DNA from: Paraphysomonas bandaiensis
Lineage: Eukaryota > Protista > Chrysophyceae
NCBI GenBank assembly: GCA_965644295.1
Contig: CBFFRP010000388.1
Coordinates: 1 to 49,043, forward strand
Direction of reading: 5' to 3'
DNA: 49,043 nt
This document shows positions 1 through 10,467 of this stretch, piece by piece. Numbering within the stretch: position 1 is the first letter of the stretch; each line of letters starts with the position of its first letter. Under the pieces are notes generated by a model. That model ran no database searches, was not told where the DNA came from, and saw only the letters and a list, made by a program, of their open reading frames with translations. The translations under genes and the position numbers were made by a program.

Positions 1-275
1 ATACACTGTATATGATGTATTTGCAGTATTCCTCTATCGTATGTATGCGTCTATATCACTCGTAGGTATACAGTATCAGTATACTGTACCCTACACTGTA
101 TAAATACAGGAAGCGAATACTGAACCAATGCTTTCCCTATTCTCAATTCTGATTGGTCGAGTGCCCATTATCGTTTAGATGAGCAGCAGTTGAGAGTGTA
201 TACGGCAGAGTTCATACATTAATGTGTAGAGTATGAAGAAGAAGAATTCTCCAAGAACATTCATAAATATCGTCA

Positions 276-1104
276 TGTAACGCCGAGGCGTCAAACTAAT
301 CACATACCACAAGACCAGTGAGGTTAATATGCTACAAGGGGAGCTCTAGTGGACTGTGTGTGTATGTACAGTCTGCATCTTATCTTCGGATGAAGACACA
401 CTTCACTCTCGGATTATATGTGCCGCTGTTTTTGCTGTATGGGCAATGGAGAGATCTGATTGGTGTACTCGGGTTATACTGTTTTGTATACTATATGGAA
501 TACAGGCTGTATTGTCTATATGTATATGCTGTATAACGGTACTGGAATACGGACTGTACTTGGTGGTGATGTGTTTGCAGAGTGTGTTGTGTGACACGGG
601 GTACATAAGTACGCAATGATGCAGTTATAGGTACATGTAGGGACTATTACTATACAGCTGCTGTATTATGTATTACTGCTGAACGCTGATTGGCTAGTCA
701 CTGCATTTTTGGTCTGTGGCTGTTGAGTTGGTTTAAGGCTCTTCCTATAGGCCTCTACGTGAATCTTCCAGAAGGTGGATATCTCCACAAAATTGGCGAA
801 ATGTTGCTGAATTTTCTGCAGAATATTGTTCTTTGTTCTCTGCTGTGTTTCTAGATAGTTCATAGAATGTAAATGGTTCTGTATGAGTTGTTTGTGTTCT
901 ATGTGCTGTCATTATTATGTTACTAGCCTTGCCTATTAACACGTTTCAGGAGGTGTCTTCAGATAAGTGCTTGAGGGTGCTCAGGCAGTTGCAGGGCATA
1001 GTAATAAGCATATTTATCTCTACATTAGCTATTTTCTTGTTACATTCGCACATTCTTTTCATATACATAGCTGCACCCGGTGTGATACCCCGGGTTTGGT
1101 CAAA
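276..1104 (+). repeat. 5' LTR of Gypsy element
   Basis: Starts TGTAACGCC and ends GGTCAAA. Matches 6789-7617 at offset 6513, and the small ORF translations in both copies are identical. Confidence 0.95.
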
Positions 1105-1210
1105 GTAAATTTACTACCGAAAGCAGCGAACGAATCTGCAGATTTGGAATTGATATAAAAAAGATATATATATAATATTTATTATTACACAATACTGAGG
1201 ATTCGTTAAC

Positions 1211-2785
1211 ATGGAACACAATAATCTTCAGGAAATGCTGCAATCTTTTATGCAACAGCAACAACAAATGATACAGCAGACGTTGCATCAGAATGCACAA
1301 GTGGCACGACAAGAGATGCAGCAAGAAATTCAAAAAATAAACCAGGGATTGCTGGGAAGGTTCGAGCATGTTGACCAACGAGTGGATGCTTTGATAGAGG
1401 AAAAGCAAAAGAGCGATCAGAAAGTGGAGACTGTGCTGGAAGACATCAATGCCAGACTGGAAACTATGGAAGCTAGAACAGCCATCCTGGAAGGAGAGAA
1501 AGAATTAACTGATCAGCAGGACAGGGCAATTACCCACCCGAGCGCATCTAGAGAACGCAAGACTATTTTCATGAAAGAGGTTGAGGAGACTACACATCTG
1601 GCGGAGAGAAGGCAAGTAGTTGTACAAATGCCTACTCCCTCTCATTCGCACATATTCCTAAATTCAATGGACCTGGCGGACTATGCTCAATTTGTGACCA
1701 AGTGGTTTGACTGGCAGGTCAAGTATGGGGTGAGACTAGAGCCGGCCCTCATTGTTTCCCAAAGCATTCGAAATCTACTAATTTTCAACAATGATATGAC
1801 GGAATCTCAGTTTCAAGAACTCTCACCTGAACAATTTTGCAAGCTGATGGCTAAAGAAACTCAAGTACTGTCCAAGCTCGAGTTTTCCAACACGTTAAGG
1901 CATGCCCTAAGAGACATCAAAAAGTTAAACTGGGAAAGAGTTAGACCGAATACTCACGAGAGGTTCTTCCAAGGCATTCTGAGGCGTAGAGACATATACT
2001 TAAGGACCTTCAGGATTATTATGGAGAACAATAGCCAGTATTGCCCAGACCTGGAAGGCAAGGACTTTGGGTTAGCCCAAGTATTCCTAAATTTGATTGA
2101 TGATACTTACAACAAGACTGTCTTGGCCGAAATACCCAAGGTCAAGGCAGGGAACTATTCCAAGGTTGAAGAGTTCCTGGAAGCTTATGTTAAGAAGGCT
2201 AAGGAGCACTATGACACGTCGAAGCGTATTAGACTTGTGCCATACAGTGGTGAAGACTATAGCATGAAAAGTCATGACATGCGCAAGAACAAGCAGTACT
2301 CTTCACAGGAAGACAAGTACAAAGGACATGAGACAAAAACGTACCCGATGACCAGTGGGGAAGCTAAGCCTTTGCACCAGATAAATGACTTCAGTGATGA
2401 TGAAGATCAGGAGCCACGGGAATCCAGAAATTCAGAGCCAGACTCAGATGACGACTCTGACTATGAGGAAGATCCAAAGACCACTGCAGAAGGTCATGAC
2501 ACGAATCAGAGCTACGAGCACAAAGTGGACCAGCAGACGGCAAGAGATCAGGACACAGACTACAGAAGGCTACAAGCCATAGAGGCACCTGCTACTGGGT
2601 TGGGATGTGTCAATTTCGCCTTGTATGGGAAGTGCTTTCGAGGAGACCAGTGCAAATATGCCGGAAGTCACAATGAGAAGTGTGCAAAGGACTGCAGACA
2701 GTGGATGATGAAGAAGTTGGCGACGATGGAAAGAGATGGTCCGGGACCTCCTAAGATAATGAAGCGTGATCCAACGAAATCTTGA
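1211..2785 (+). CDS. gag: Gag-like protein (N-terminal coiled coil, acidic linker, C-terminal CCCH zinc finger)
   Basis: 524-aa ORF just after the 5' LTR, with C-x8-C-x5-C-x5-H near the C-terminus. Lies upstream of and in frame with pol. Confidence 0.85.
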   Translation: MEHNNLQEMLQSFMQQQQQMIQQTLHQNAQVARQEMQQEIQKINQGLLGRFEHVDQRVDALIEEKQKSDQKVETVLEDINARLETMEARTAILEGEKELTDQQDRAITHPSASRERKTIFMKEVEETTHLAERRQVVVQMPTPSHSHIFLNSMDLADYAQFVTKWFDWQVKYGVRLEPALIVSQSIRNLLIFNNDMTESQFQELSPEQFCKLMAKETQVLSKLEFSNTLRHALRDIKKLNWERVRPNTHERFFQGILRRRDIYLRTFRIIMENNSQYCPDLEGKDFGLAQVFLNLIDDTYNKTVLAEIPKVKAGNYSKVEEFLEAYVKKAKEHYDTSKRIRLVPYSGEDYSMKSHDMRKNKQYSSQEDKYKGHETKTYPMTSGEAKPLHQINDFSDDEDQEPRESRNSEPDSDDDSDYEEDPKTTAEGHDTNQSYEHKVDQQTARDQDTDYRRLQAIEAPATGLGCVNFALYGKCFRGDQCKYAGSHNEKCAKDCRQWMMKKLATMERDGPGPPKIMKRDPTKS

Positions 2786-5700
2786 CTACTGCAGGGTCTT
2801 TCTGGGCCCCCTGTTGTCAGTGAAACAATAAGCTCACACAGCAGGAAGGCTTGCAGAAAGGCTCTGGAGCGAAGTTTCCTGCAGGCATGCGGCATAGGCA
2901 GGAGGCTATGGACTGCCGCACACACTAAAGCGAGGATTGAAGTAGTAGATAGGAAGAATGTGGAAATAAGAAGAGACGTAGAGACATCAGTACTGTTCGA
3001 CACGGGAGCCCTCTGTTCGAACTACATCAGCATAAGGAAGTTTAGAGATATCGAGAAACACATGCATACTAAGGACATAATACACAAGAGAACAAAAGTC
3101 GGATTAGCAGACAATAAGACAGTGGCATGGAGTGACATCATGGTGAGACTTACCTTGAAGTTCGAGGATCGTTCACTGAGCGCGGTTTCATGCAAATACT
3201 CTGGAGAATTTATTGTGTTGGACATGAAAGATAATGAGATCATAATTGGGTTACCTGCGATACTAGGGGACTTGTGGGACTTCTTTTGCTACAGTCTAAA
3301 AGGCAATGCAGAAAGAAAGATTAGAACGAGCGTGCCAGATGCGGAGGAGGAAATGTTGCAGTTCTTGGCGTCCATGGACAACATAGTGCATCCCTGGTCA
3401 AATAGTATGGAGGGAGAGCCACCGGAAGAAGAAATGTCTCCGTTGCCAGTGCAGTTTGGTGAGGTGATCAAGTTTTTGGGAAAAAGCAGAGAAGAAGCCA
3501 TTCAGGAATTCAAGGATTTGATGCCCGAGCATATAGCTGAAGATTTTGACAAAGCAACACCTGTTCGAGAACTGTTACTAAATGAAGGTTTGAAAGTTTT
3601 TGTACCAGAGACATGGACTGGTATCAGAGGTGTTGAACCATTAAAACTCACCTTCAAAGACACTTTACCTCAGCGACTCAAGCCTAAAGCCAGACCCATA
3701 AACCCAAGACTCTGGGAGGCAGCAGAAAAGGAATTTTTGAGACTGCGTGGATACATGTACGAGAAGAGTAGGTCACCATGGGCGTCTTGCTTGGTTGTGG
3801 CTCCCAAAGCTACGAAGCCGTTCATCAGGTTCTGTGGTGATTACGTAGAGATCAACAAGCATATTCACATTGGTAACTACACTATACCTAATATTAGGCA
3901 CCAGTTGGATCGTATCATGGGGTACAAGGTATTTTTAGACATAGATCTCACAAATGCCTTCCACCAAATCCCATTACATGAAGAGACGGCGGAGAAGCTA
4001 TCCATTCAAACTCCTTGGGGTCAATATCAACCACGATTCATGCCTGAGGGAATAGGTCCTGCTACTGGCGTTTTACAAGAGACTGTCAATGCATTGTTTT
4101 CAGACTTACCGTGGGCCATAGTGATATTCGACAACATTTTGCTTCTGGCGATGGATTACCAAGAGGCATACGAGAGACTGAAAATCTTTATCGAGAGATG
4201 CATACAACACAATGTTGTTCTCAAGTTTGCAAAGAGCTGGCTAGGTTTTGGAGAAGTCAAGTTCTTTGGCTATAGATGTAAGCACCAGAGCTTTGAGTTG
4301 ACAGAGGATAGAAAGGCTGCATTACTTGAGATACCTTTTCCAGAATCCGGGAACAGATCCAAGAAAATCAGATCATTATTAGGATGTGGAGTTTTCTTTG
4401 CACCTTTTGTGAAAAATTACAGTGAGAAAGTTAGACATTTGACAGATCTTACGAAACCTGAATTCGACTGGTCAGATGAGTCAAAGTGGGAACACGACTA
4501 TAGACAGGAATTCGAAGATTTCAAGAAGGATTTGCAAGAGGCATGTGCACTTCATTACCCAGATTACGAGCTGCCATGGGTGATAAGAACTGATGCGAGT
4601 GAGATAGGTGTTGGCGGAGTCCTCATTCAAATCAAGACACATGCAGACGGTTCAAAGGAGGAGCAAATTATAGCGCTGATCTCCAAAAGATTCTCTAAGC
4701 AAGCACAGAAGTGGGATACTATTGAGCAGGAGGGGTTTGCAATCTACTATGTGGTCAAGAGACTGGCGTATTATCTAATCGGGAAGGAGTTTTTGTTGGA
4801 GACGGATCATAACAACCTGAGATGGATAGAAGCGTCAGAAGTACCCAAGATTATACGATGGAGAATTTACCTGCAGTCATTTGTGTTTAAGGTGAGACAT
4901 ATCCCTGGAAAAGAAAATGTACTGGCCGATACACTCTCCAGACTCCATCTATGTGTTGCTGAAGAGGACGAGCATGAAGATTGTCATACAGCGGAAGGGC
5001 TATGCCACCTGTGTAATGAAGATGACGAATTTGAGGAGGAGGAGTTAGAATATGAACAGCGCATGAGTACCTTATGCAATATGTTTGATGAGGAAGAGGT
5101 GCTAGGAGAGGAGATCAAACCCACCCCTAACCATTTGCAGCTCACACCAACGGAGTGTTTAGATCAGGTTCACAATGCCCAAGTCGGACACTGGGGAGAG
5201 CGCGAGACCTGGAGGAGGCTGAACAGGGATTTCCCTGGGCATGGCATATCCCAGCGGCAAGTTAAGGACTATATAGACCGATGCGCAAATTGCCAGAAGT
5301 CCAGGAGGGAGATGAAAACTCGGCTGATCCCTGTGCAGAGACACTTGAAACCTCCAACACACAGGACCGCAATCGGTATAGATGCATTAGCCATTACACC
5401 CCACGGCCGCAATGGAGAGACACACATTAACGTCATTGTGAATTTGTTTACGGAGCTAGCGTTTTTGAACCCAGTGAAAGGATGCTCAGCAAAGACCCTG
5501 GCGGATTCAGTCTGGAAGTATTGGGCGAATTTCGGTTTTACTGACATGATCATATCTGATTTGGGACCAGATTTAAATTCAGCGTTATTCAAGGAATTGA
5601 CCGATCTGGTGGGAGTTCGGCATGTTTTCAGCATTGCGAACAAACATGTCAATGGTTGCGAGCGGGTGAATAAGGAAGTGGGACGACACTTGCGAGCATT

Positions 5701-6763
5701 GGTATATGACACCAGAGAGAAGGATGTTTTTGACGACCCAACCTTCATCCCCAGCGTCCAAATCATTCTCAACACACACAGATCAGCAGAGACAAACTAT
5801 ACTCCATTTGAGCTGACTTTTGGGACACCAGACTCAGTCTATAGTGATCTCGCGAAGAAATTCGAGCGCGTCCCTGAGCATCTATACCTCCAGAAGATGC
5901 ACGAGAACCTTCACCAGTTACGCAACGCATCTAGACAATACCAAGAGACTCTGATCAAGAAGAGAGTGGAGGATCCTAACCAGAGGATGGGTCCCCAGAA
6001 CAAATTCCAGAAAGGGGATCTGGTCTTGTACGACCCAGGAGTGAGACCGGTGCCGAAGCTGTCTACAAAACGCAAGGGACCTTTCGAGGTAGTTCACCAG
6101 TACAAGAATGACGTAGACTGCAGAAATGTATTAACAGGGGCTATTCACAAATATTCTGTAACTGACCTAGAGTACTTTGTGGGTTCAAAGGAGGATGCCG
6201 TGGAAGCTGCCATCCGAGATCAAGAGCAATTCAGAGTCAAGGTGATTCATGGTTACAAGGGAGATTCCAACCACCGCACTAGCATGACATTCATTGTGGA
6301 GTATGCAGATGGGGACATACTGGAAGTACCATGGAGTAGAGATCTATTCGATTGTCAGGCATATGAAGATTTCTGTAAATCTAGGAAGTACTTACATCAC
6401 CTCATCCTGGATCAGAATCAGGTCACTCCTTTCAAGACTCAGCTCAGGAGGGCAGACGTCACAGCAGTGCAAGTAGGTGATAGAGTGTATGTGGATCTTC
6501 GTTTCTTTGGGGATCAGTGGTATCAGAGCTTGGACCTTCCAGACTTTTCTACAAAATCGTATGTGGTGGTCTTCGAATACACGCATTGGTACCACAGGAC
6601 ATCTAAAAAGAAGATTAGCGCTCGTTTTCTGCTTAATGGTGCTACTTACGCCCTCGATAATTATCTTGTGTTTGCGTGGGGCTCAGTCAAGACCTTCGAT
6701 GAGACCTACATGGTGCTGGTGGATGCAGACATAGCCAAAAGGTATCCCCGCATAGTCGAATAG
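2786..6763 (+). CDS. pol: Pol polyprotein: aspartic protease, RT, RNase H, integrase, chromo-like domain
   Basis: PR LFDTGA; RT IDLTNAFHQ, MPEG, IFDN; RH TDAS, EQEG, ETDH, LADTLSR; IN HHCC (H..GH..CANC), IDAL, SDLG, CER, GPF. The frame is open from the codon after the gag stop. Confidence 0.95.
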   Translation, partial: LLQGLSGPPVVSETISSHSRKACRKALERSFLQACGIGRRLWTAAHTKARIEVVDRKNVEIRRDVETSVLFDTGALCSNYISIRKFRDIEKHMHTKDIIHKRTKVGLADNKTVAWSDIMVRLTLKFEDRSLSAVSCKYSGEFIVLDMKDNEIIIGLPAILGDLWDFFCYSLKGNAERKIRTSVPDAEEEMLQFLASMDNIVHPWSNSMEGEPPEEEMSPLPVQFGEVIKFLGKSREEAIQEFKDLMPEHIAEDFDKATPVRELLLNEGLKVFVPETWTGIRGVEPLKLTFKDTLPQRLKPKARPINPRLWEAAEKEFLRLRGYMYEKSRSPWASCLVVAPKATKPFIRFCGDYVEINKHIHIGNYTIPNIRHQLDRIMGYKVFLDIDLTNAFHQIPLHEETAEKLSIQTPWGQYQPRFMPEGIGPATGVLQETVNALFSDLPWAIVIFDNILLLAMDYQEAYERLKIFIERCIQHNVVLKFAKSWLGFGEVKFFGYRCKHQSFELTEDRKAALLEIPFPESGNRSKKIRSLLGCGVFFAPFVKNYSEKVRHLTDLTKPEFDWSDESKWEHDYRQEFEDFKKDLQEACALHYPDYELPWVIRTDASEIGVGGVLIQIKTHADGSKEEQIIALISKRFSKQAQKWDTIEQEGFAIYYVVKRLAYYLIGKEFLLETDHNNLRWIEASEVPKIIRWRIYLQSFVFKVRHIPGKENVLADTLSRLHLCVAEEDEHEDCHTAEGLCHLCNEDDEFEEEELEYEQRMSTLCNMFDEEEVLGEEIKPTPNHLQLTPTECLDQVHNAQVGHWGERETWRRLNRDFPGHGISQRQVKDYIDRCANCQKSRREMKTRLIPVQRHLKPPTHRTAIGIDALAITPHGRNGETHINVIVNLFTELAFLNPVKGCSAKTLADSVWKYWANFGFTDMIISDLGPDLNSALFKELTDLVGVRHVFSIANKHVNGCERVNKEVGRHLRALVYDTREKDVFDDPTFIPSVQIILNTHRSAETNYTPFELTFGTPDSVYSDLAKKFERVPEHLYLQKMHENLHQLRNASRQYQETLIKKRVEDPNQRMGPQNKFQKGDLVLYDPGVRPVPKLSTKRKGPFEVVHQYKNDVDCRNVLTGAIHKYSVTDLEYFVGSKEDAVEAAIRDQEQFRVKVIHGYKGDSNHRTSMTFIVEYADGDILEVPWSRDLFDCQAYEDFCKSRKYLHHLILDQNQVTPFKTQLRRADVTAVQVGDRVYVDLRFFGDQWYQSLDLPDFSTKSYVVVFEYTHWYHRTSKKKISARFLLNGATYALDNYLVFAWGSVKTFDETYMVLVDADIAKRYPRIVE

Positions 6764-6769
6764 CATAAC

Positions 6770-6788
6770 AGAGAGGGGGAGGGGGCAG
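6770..6788 (+). other. Polypurine tract (PPT)
   Basis: AGAGAGGGGGAGGGGGCAG immediately 5' of the 3' LTR. Confidence 0.9.
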
Positions 6789-7617
6789 TGTAACGCCGAG
6801 GCGTCAAACTAATCACATACCACAAGACCAGTGAGGTTAATATGCTACAAGGGGAGCTCTAGTGGACTGTGTGTGTATGTACAGTCTGCATCTTATCTTC
6901 GGATGAAGACACACTTCACTCTCGGATTATATGTGCCGCTGTTTTTGCTGTATGGGCAATGGAGAGATCTGATTGGTGTACTCGGGTTATACTGTTTTGT
7001 ATACTATATGGAATACAGGCTGTATTGTCTATATGTATATGCTGTATAACGGTACTGGAATACGGACTGTACTTGGTGGTGATGTGTTTGCAGAGTGTGT
7101 TGTGTGACACGGGGTACATAAGTACGCAATGATGCAGTTATAGGTACATGTAGGGACTATTACTATACAGCTGCTGTATTATGTATTACTGCTGAACGCT
7201 GATTGGCTAGTCACTGCATTTTTGGTCTGTGGCTGTTGAGTTGGTTTAAGGCTCTTCCTATAGGCCTCTACGTGAATCTTCCAGAAGGTGGATATCTCCA
7301 CAAAATTGGCGAAATGTTGCTGAATTTTCTGCAGAATATTGTTCTTTGTTCTCTGCTGTGTTTCTAGATAGTTCATAGAATGTAAATGGTTCTGTATGAG
7401 TTGTTTGTGTTCTATGTGCTGTCATTATTATGTTACTAGCCTTGCCTATTAACACGTTTCAGGAGGTGTCTTCAGATAAGTGCTTGAGGGTGCTCAGGCA
7501 GTTGCAGGGCATAGTAATAAGCATATTTATCTCTACATTAGCTATTTTCTTGTTACATTCGCACATTCTTTTCATATACATAGCTGCACCCGGTGTGATA
7601 CCCCGGGTTTGGTCAAA
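6789..7617 (+). repeat. 3' LTR of Gypsy element
   Basis: Copy of 276-1104, followed by TSD GTCA. Confidence 0.95.
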
Positions 7618-7899
7618 GTCACTCCTTCGCAGAAAATTTGGATTTAGTCACTGTGTGGCTGTCAACGCCCAAGCGCATCGTCATTCTTTTTAGTTAAGCT
7701 TGTTCTCTCTTTGTTGGTTGTTGTAGCTCGTCACTTTTCTGTTTAGTACTGAACTGCATAGCTGGTGAGTTGTGCTTTAGTTTCTTGGGGTGCCGAGAAG
7801 CATTTAGTACTGCAGAAGTAGTATAGGTTAATAATAAGCAACATTCTCTCTCTTAAAGCGAGTTTTAGCTTATTTAGAGTTTGGCTCTCAGGTCCCAAC

Positions 7900-10082
7900 C
7901 TGAGTTCCATTGCAACTTCTTCTTTAGTACGCTGGTTTACGCCTTTTACCCAGAACATCCTACTCGGGTGATGAGTTAGTTTGATCACGTAGCGCTCATC
8001 ACCTCGAGCGGGAGTATTCAGAAATACTTGCACATCAGCCGATATGTCCGGCTTGACATCCGTATCCTCCTTTGTGTGAAACGAAACTCTCGTAATCTTT
8101 GATCTGGCACATATGCTACAGAGACAAGATTTTTTAATGCAGTCTTCGATAGGTGCTTCCTCTGCAGATTTGAGCCCGTGAATAACATCCTTCTATGTGC
8201 CTCCGTTAGAGCCCCTTTGTTGAAATGGCCCATTCTCCTATGCAGCAGTTCCAGCTCGTCCTCACCAGTCCTATCGCTAAGATTTACTTCACAATTACTC
8301 GGTGTAGACACATCTGGAAGCTCCAACAGCTGCTGAGTTGGAACTGCAGTCATTCCATTTTTCATGGGTCCCTCCAGTACCAGCTCACCGGTATTACAGT
8401 CATAAATTTGGATCCCATACCACACCGTGAATCGATAGCCCATTTCGTTCAGCTTACGTCCGGAGCACAGGCATCGATTGATCTGATCTGAAATTTCTAT
8501 GTCTCTCCATGCTCCACGGGAACCCACACTTGTGATATGAATCTCTGATCCCTTCTTAGATCCGTTTATCACCTTTGATGTATTCATATGAGTGTCAAGC
8601 ATGGTCACATCATTCATCAAGAACATTGATGATGAACAGCATGTATCTATGTATGTATAGTGTTCAGCAGTACCAATCATACAACATGTGTCACTTTTAT
8701 CATATATATCAACAGCACAGTCATAAAGCATATTCGCTTCGGACTCCGAGTCAGACTCGGTTCCTCCTCTGCGGATATTCTCGAATGTGAAAACCTTCCC
8801 AGATTTCTGGGGTTTCTTGGTCTTTCCAGTCGAATTTCGGGGACATTCGTTCGCGCGATGGTTTTTGGATTTGCATACTCTGCATCCTGTATATTCCTTA
8901 CTGCCCGGTCTTTGTCCCTTCGTTTCCCCCTTTTTCTTCCTACATTGTTCTGTATTATGATTGTGTATTATACCTTTCTTCGAGCAATAAGTGCACTTCC
9001 TCTTTGTAGATACTCTCTCTTTCTTTCGAGGCTTTTCAATATGATTCAGCTCCTCCGTGCTCTTGCGCTTCTTCTCTATGATTTTCCTCCCATACTTGGT
9101 GTCGTCGAACTGTTCGATACGTTTGGATAGCAATTCATATGGTACATCATCGGGCATTAAATACAGGGCATAATTCAAACCGTCATATTCATCACTGATA
9201 ATTCCCTCCTTCAGCCTACTAATTTTTGATTCTTCCGTTACCGTTTGGTTATGCGCCTGAAGTTCACGAAGAAGCAGCTCAAAACGCAGTACATACTCTT
9301 TCGCGGTCTCCCCTGGCTTCATCTCGAATGATCCAAACTGAGCAAGCAGAGCACTAATCTTGTTTTGTGTTCCCCCTTCAAAACACGATTTAAGAGTGCT
9401 AACCATCTCTCTGGCGCTGAACTTATTAACTCTTCCTTCAGCTGCCTTGAACTCCTTGTGCTTCAGATGAAACTTCTGCAGCGCCTTCGGAGATCGCTTC
9501 ACCGCCTCTCTGCAGTATGAGTAGGCAATTGCATTCGCCTTCCAATACTTGTCCACCGCTTCTTTGTAGGACTTGGTCTCAAGACTATTCAGGGGTTGAA
9601 TTCCGAAATCCTCTTCCTCTGGTGGCCTTTCTAGAGCCACCTCACTCTGCTCCTTTCTCATAAGGAACGTCTCAAAGTCTTCGATCCATTGTTCAACGTT
9701 GCTCTCGTCGAACCATGGAACATCAGCTCTATCCTCCTTCTCTCCTCCGCATTCGCTACCATATTGACTAAAGACCATTTTCAGATGATTAAGATCGTTG
9801 TAAGAGAAGTTTAAGTTAGTCAAACTAGATAGATTACTTTATTATGATTGTATACACAATTGTGTGTGTTGTCATGTAGCACATGTCAACAACATGATAA
9901 ATTATTTCGTTCATGTTAACCACTGCTCAACTTCCGTATCTTGAATCGTCATGATATAATACTTCAGTTTCACAGTTATAGCTATATAGCACCTTTTGAC
10001 TATTGACTACGTATTACTGTTTTTCACATTGTATTTAACGTATTCTACAGTACTATCTTAGAGAACCATACGTATTCCAACA
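7900..10082 (-). mobile_element. Truncated Ty1/Copia LTR retrotransposon (5' LTR, gag, protease, start of integrase)
   Basis: LTR 9762-10082 is homologous to 27975-28238 and 30853-31320. PBS-like TGGTAGCGAAT at 9761-9751. The ORF carries CX2CX4HX4C (CRVCKSKNHRANEC), protease-like YIDTCCS and pre-integrase LLHRRMGH. Similarity to the second copy stops near 7900. Confidence 0.88.
8018..9778 (-). pseudogene. Copia gag-pol 5' part, frameshifted near 8130
   Basis: ATG (MVFSQYGS) lies inside the LTR. The integrase CxxC (CSICARSK) falls in a different frame from the HH, indicating a frameshift. Confidence 0.8.
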
Positions 10083-10094
10083 ACCACTTCCGTT

Positions 10095-10290
10095 CAGACA
10101 TCAGGTATATCAACATTCTGCTTGCTCACCACTACGTTTGCTTTGAGTGATAGAGCAAACGTGATTGCACCATGGTGCCTGCGGTGAAGCACAAGCAGCT
10201 TTTTTAGCGTCAAATATAGTAGGATATCAGAGTTCACCAGCACTGGCTCTTAAACGTCTATTGCTAATAATAAGACATTCACTACTCTAT
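10095..10290 (+). mobile_element. 3' fragment of non-LTR/SINE-like dispersed repeat
   Basis: Shares GCACCATGGTGC..CACAAGCAG and TATTGCTAATAATAAGACATTCA with 31061-31237 and 38807-39070. Confidence 0.7.
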
Positions 10291-10467
10291 GTGGTGACAC
10301 CTACTACTTAATATTCAGTTTGAAGTTCTTTATCTAAAATGTTACTAATTAGAAGGAACTACGGGACCAAATATAACAGATGTGATATCTTCGTTTCACA
10401 TCAGATTCTATATAAATACTACTGATATGTATCTACCAATTATAACGCGAATACGAAGTACGGTAAA

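Larger units (their letters stand above)
276..7617 (+). mobile_element. Full-length Ty3/Gypsy LTR retrotransposon (chromovirus-like)
   Basis: Two 829-bp direct repeats (276-1104, 6789-7617). 4-bp TSD GTCA (272-275, 7618-7621). PPT before the 3' LTR. Internal gag and PR-RT-RH-IN order. Confidence 0.97.

Noticed and set aside
1-275. Possible older LTR into which the Gypsy element inserted
   Set aside because: Only compositional resemblance and a short CTGATTGG match; no partner repeat in the window.
318-1158. Small ORFs in the Gypsy LTRs
   Set aside because: Overlapping, low-complexity, often non-ATG starts and no recognisable motifs.
2783-2785. Selenocysteine recoding or an alternative genetic code at the gag UGA
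   Set aside because: No SECIS-like element recognised, and no in-frame UGA seen in the conserved host exons examined. Leaky readthrough is the simpler explanation.
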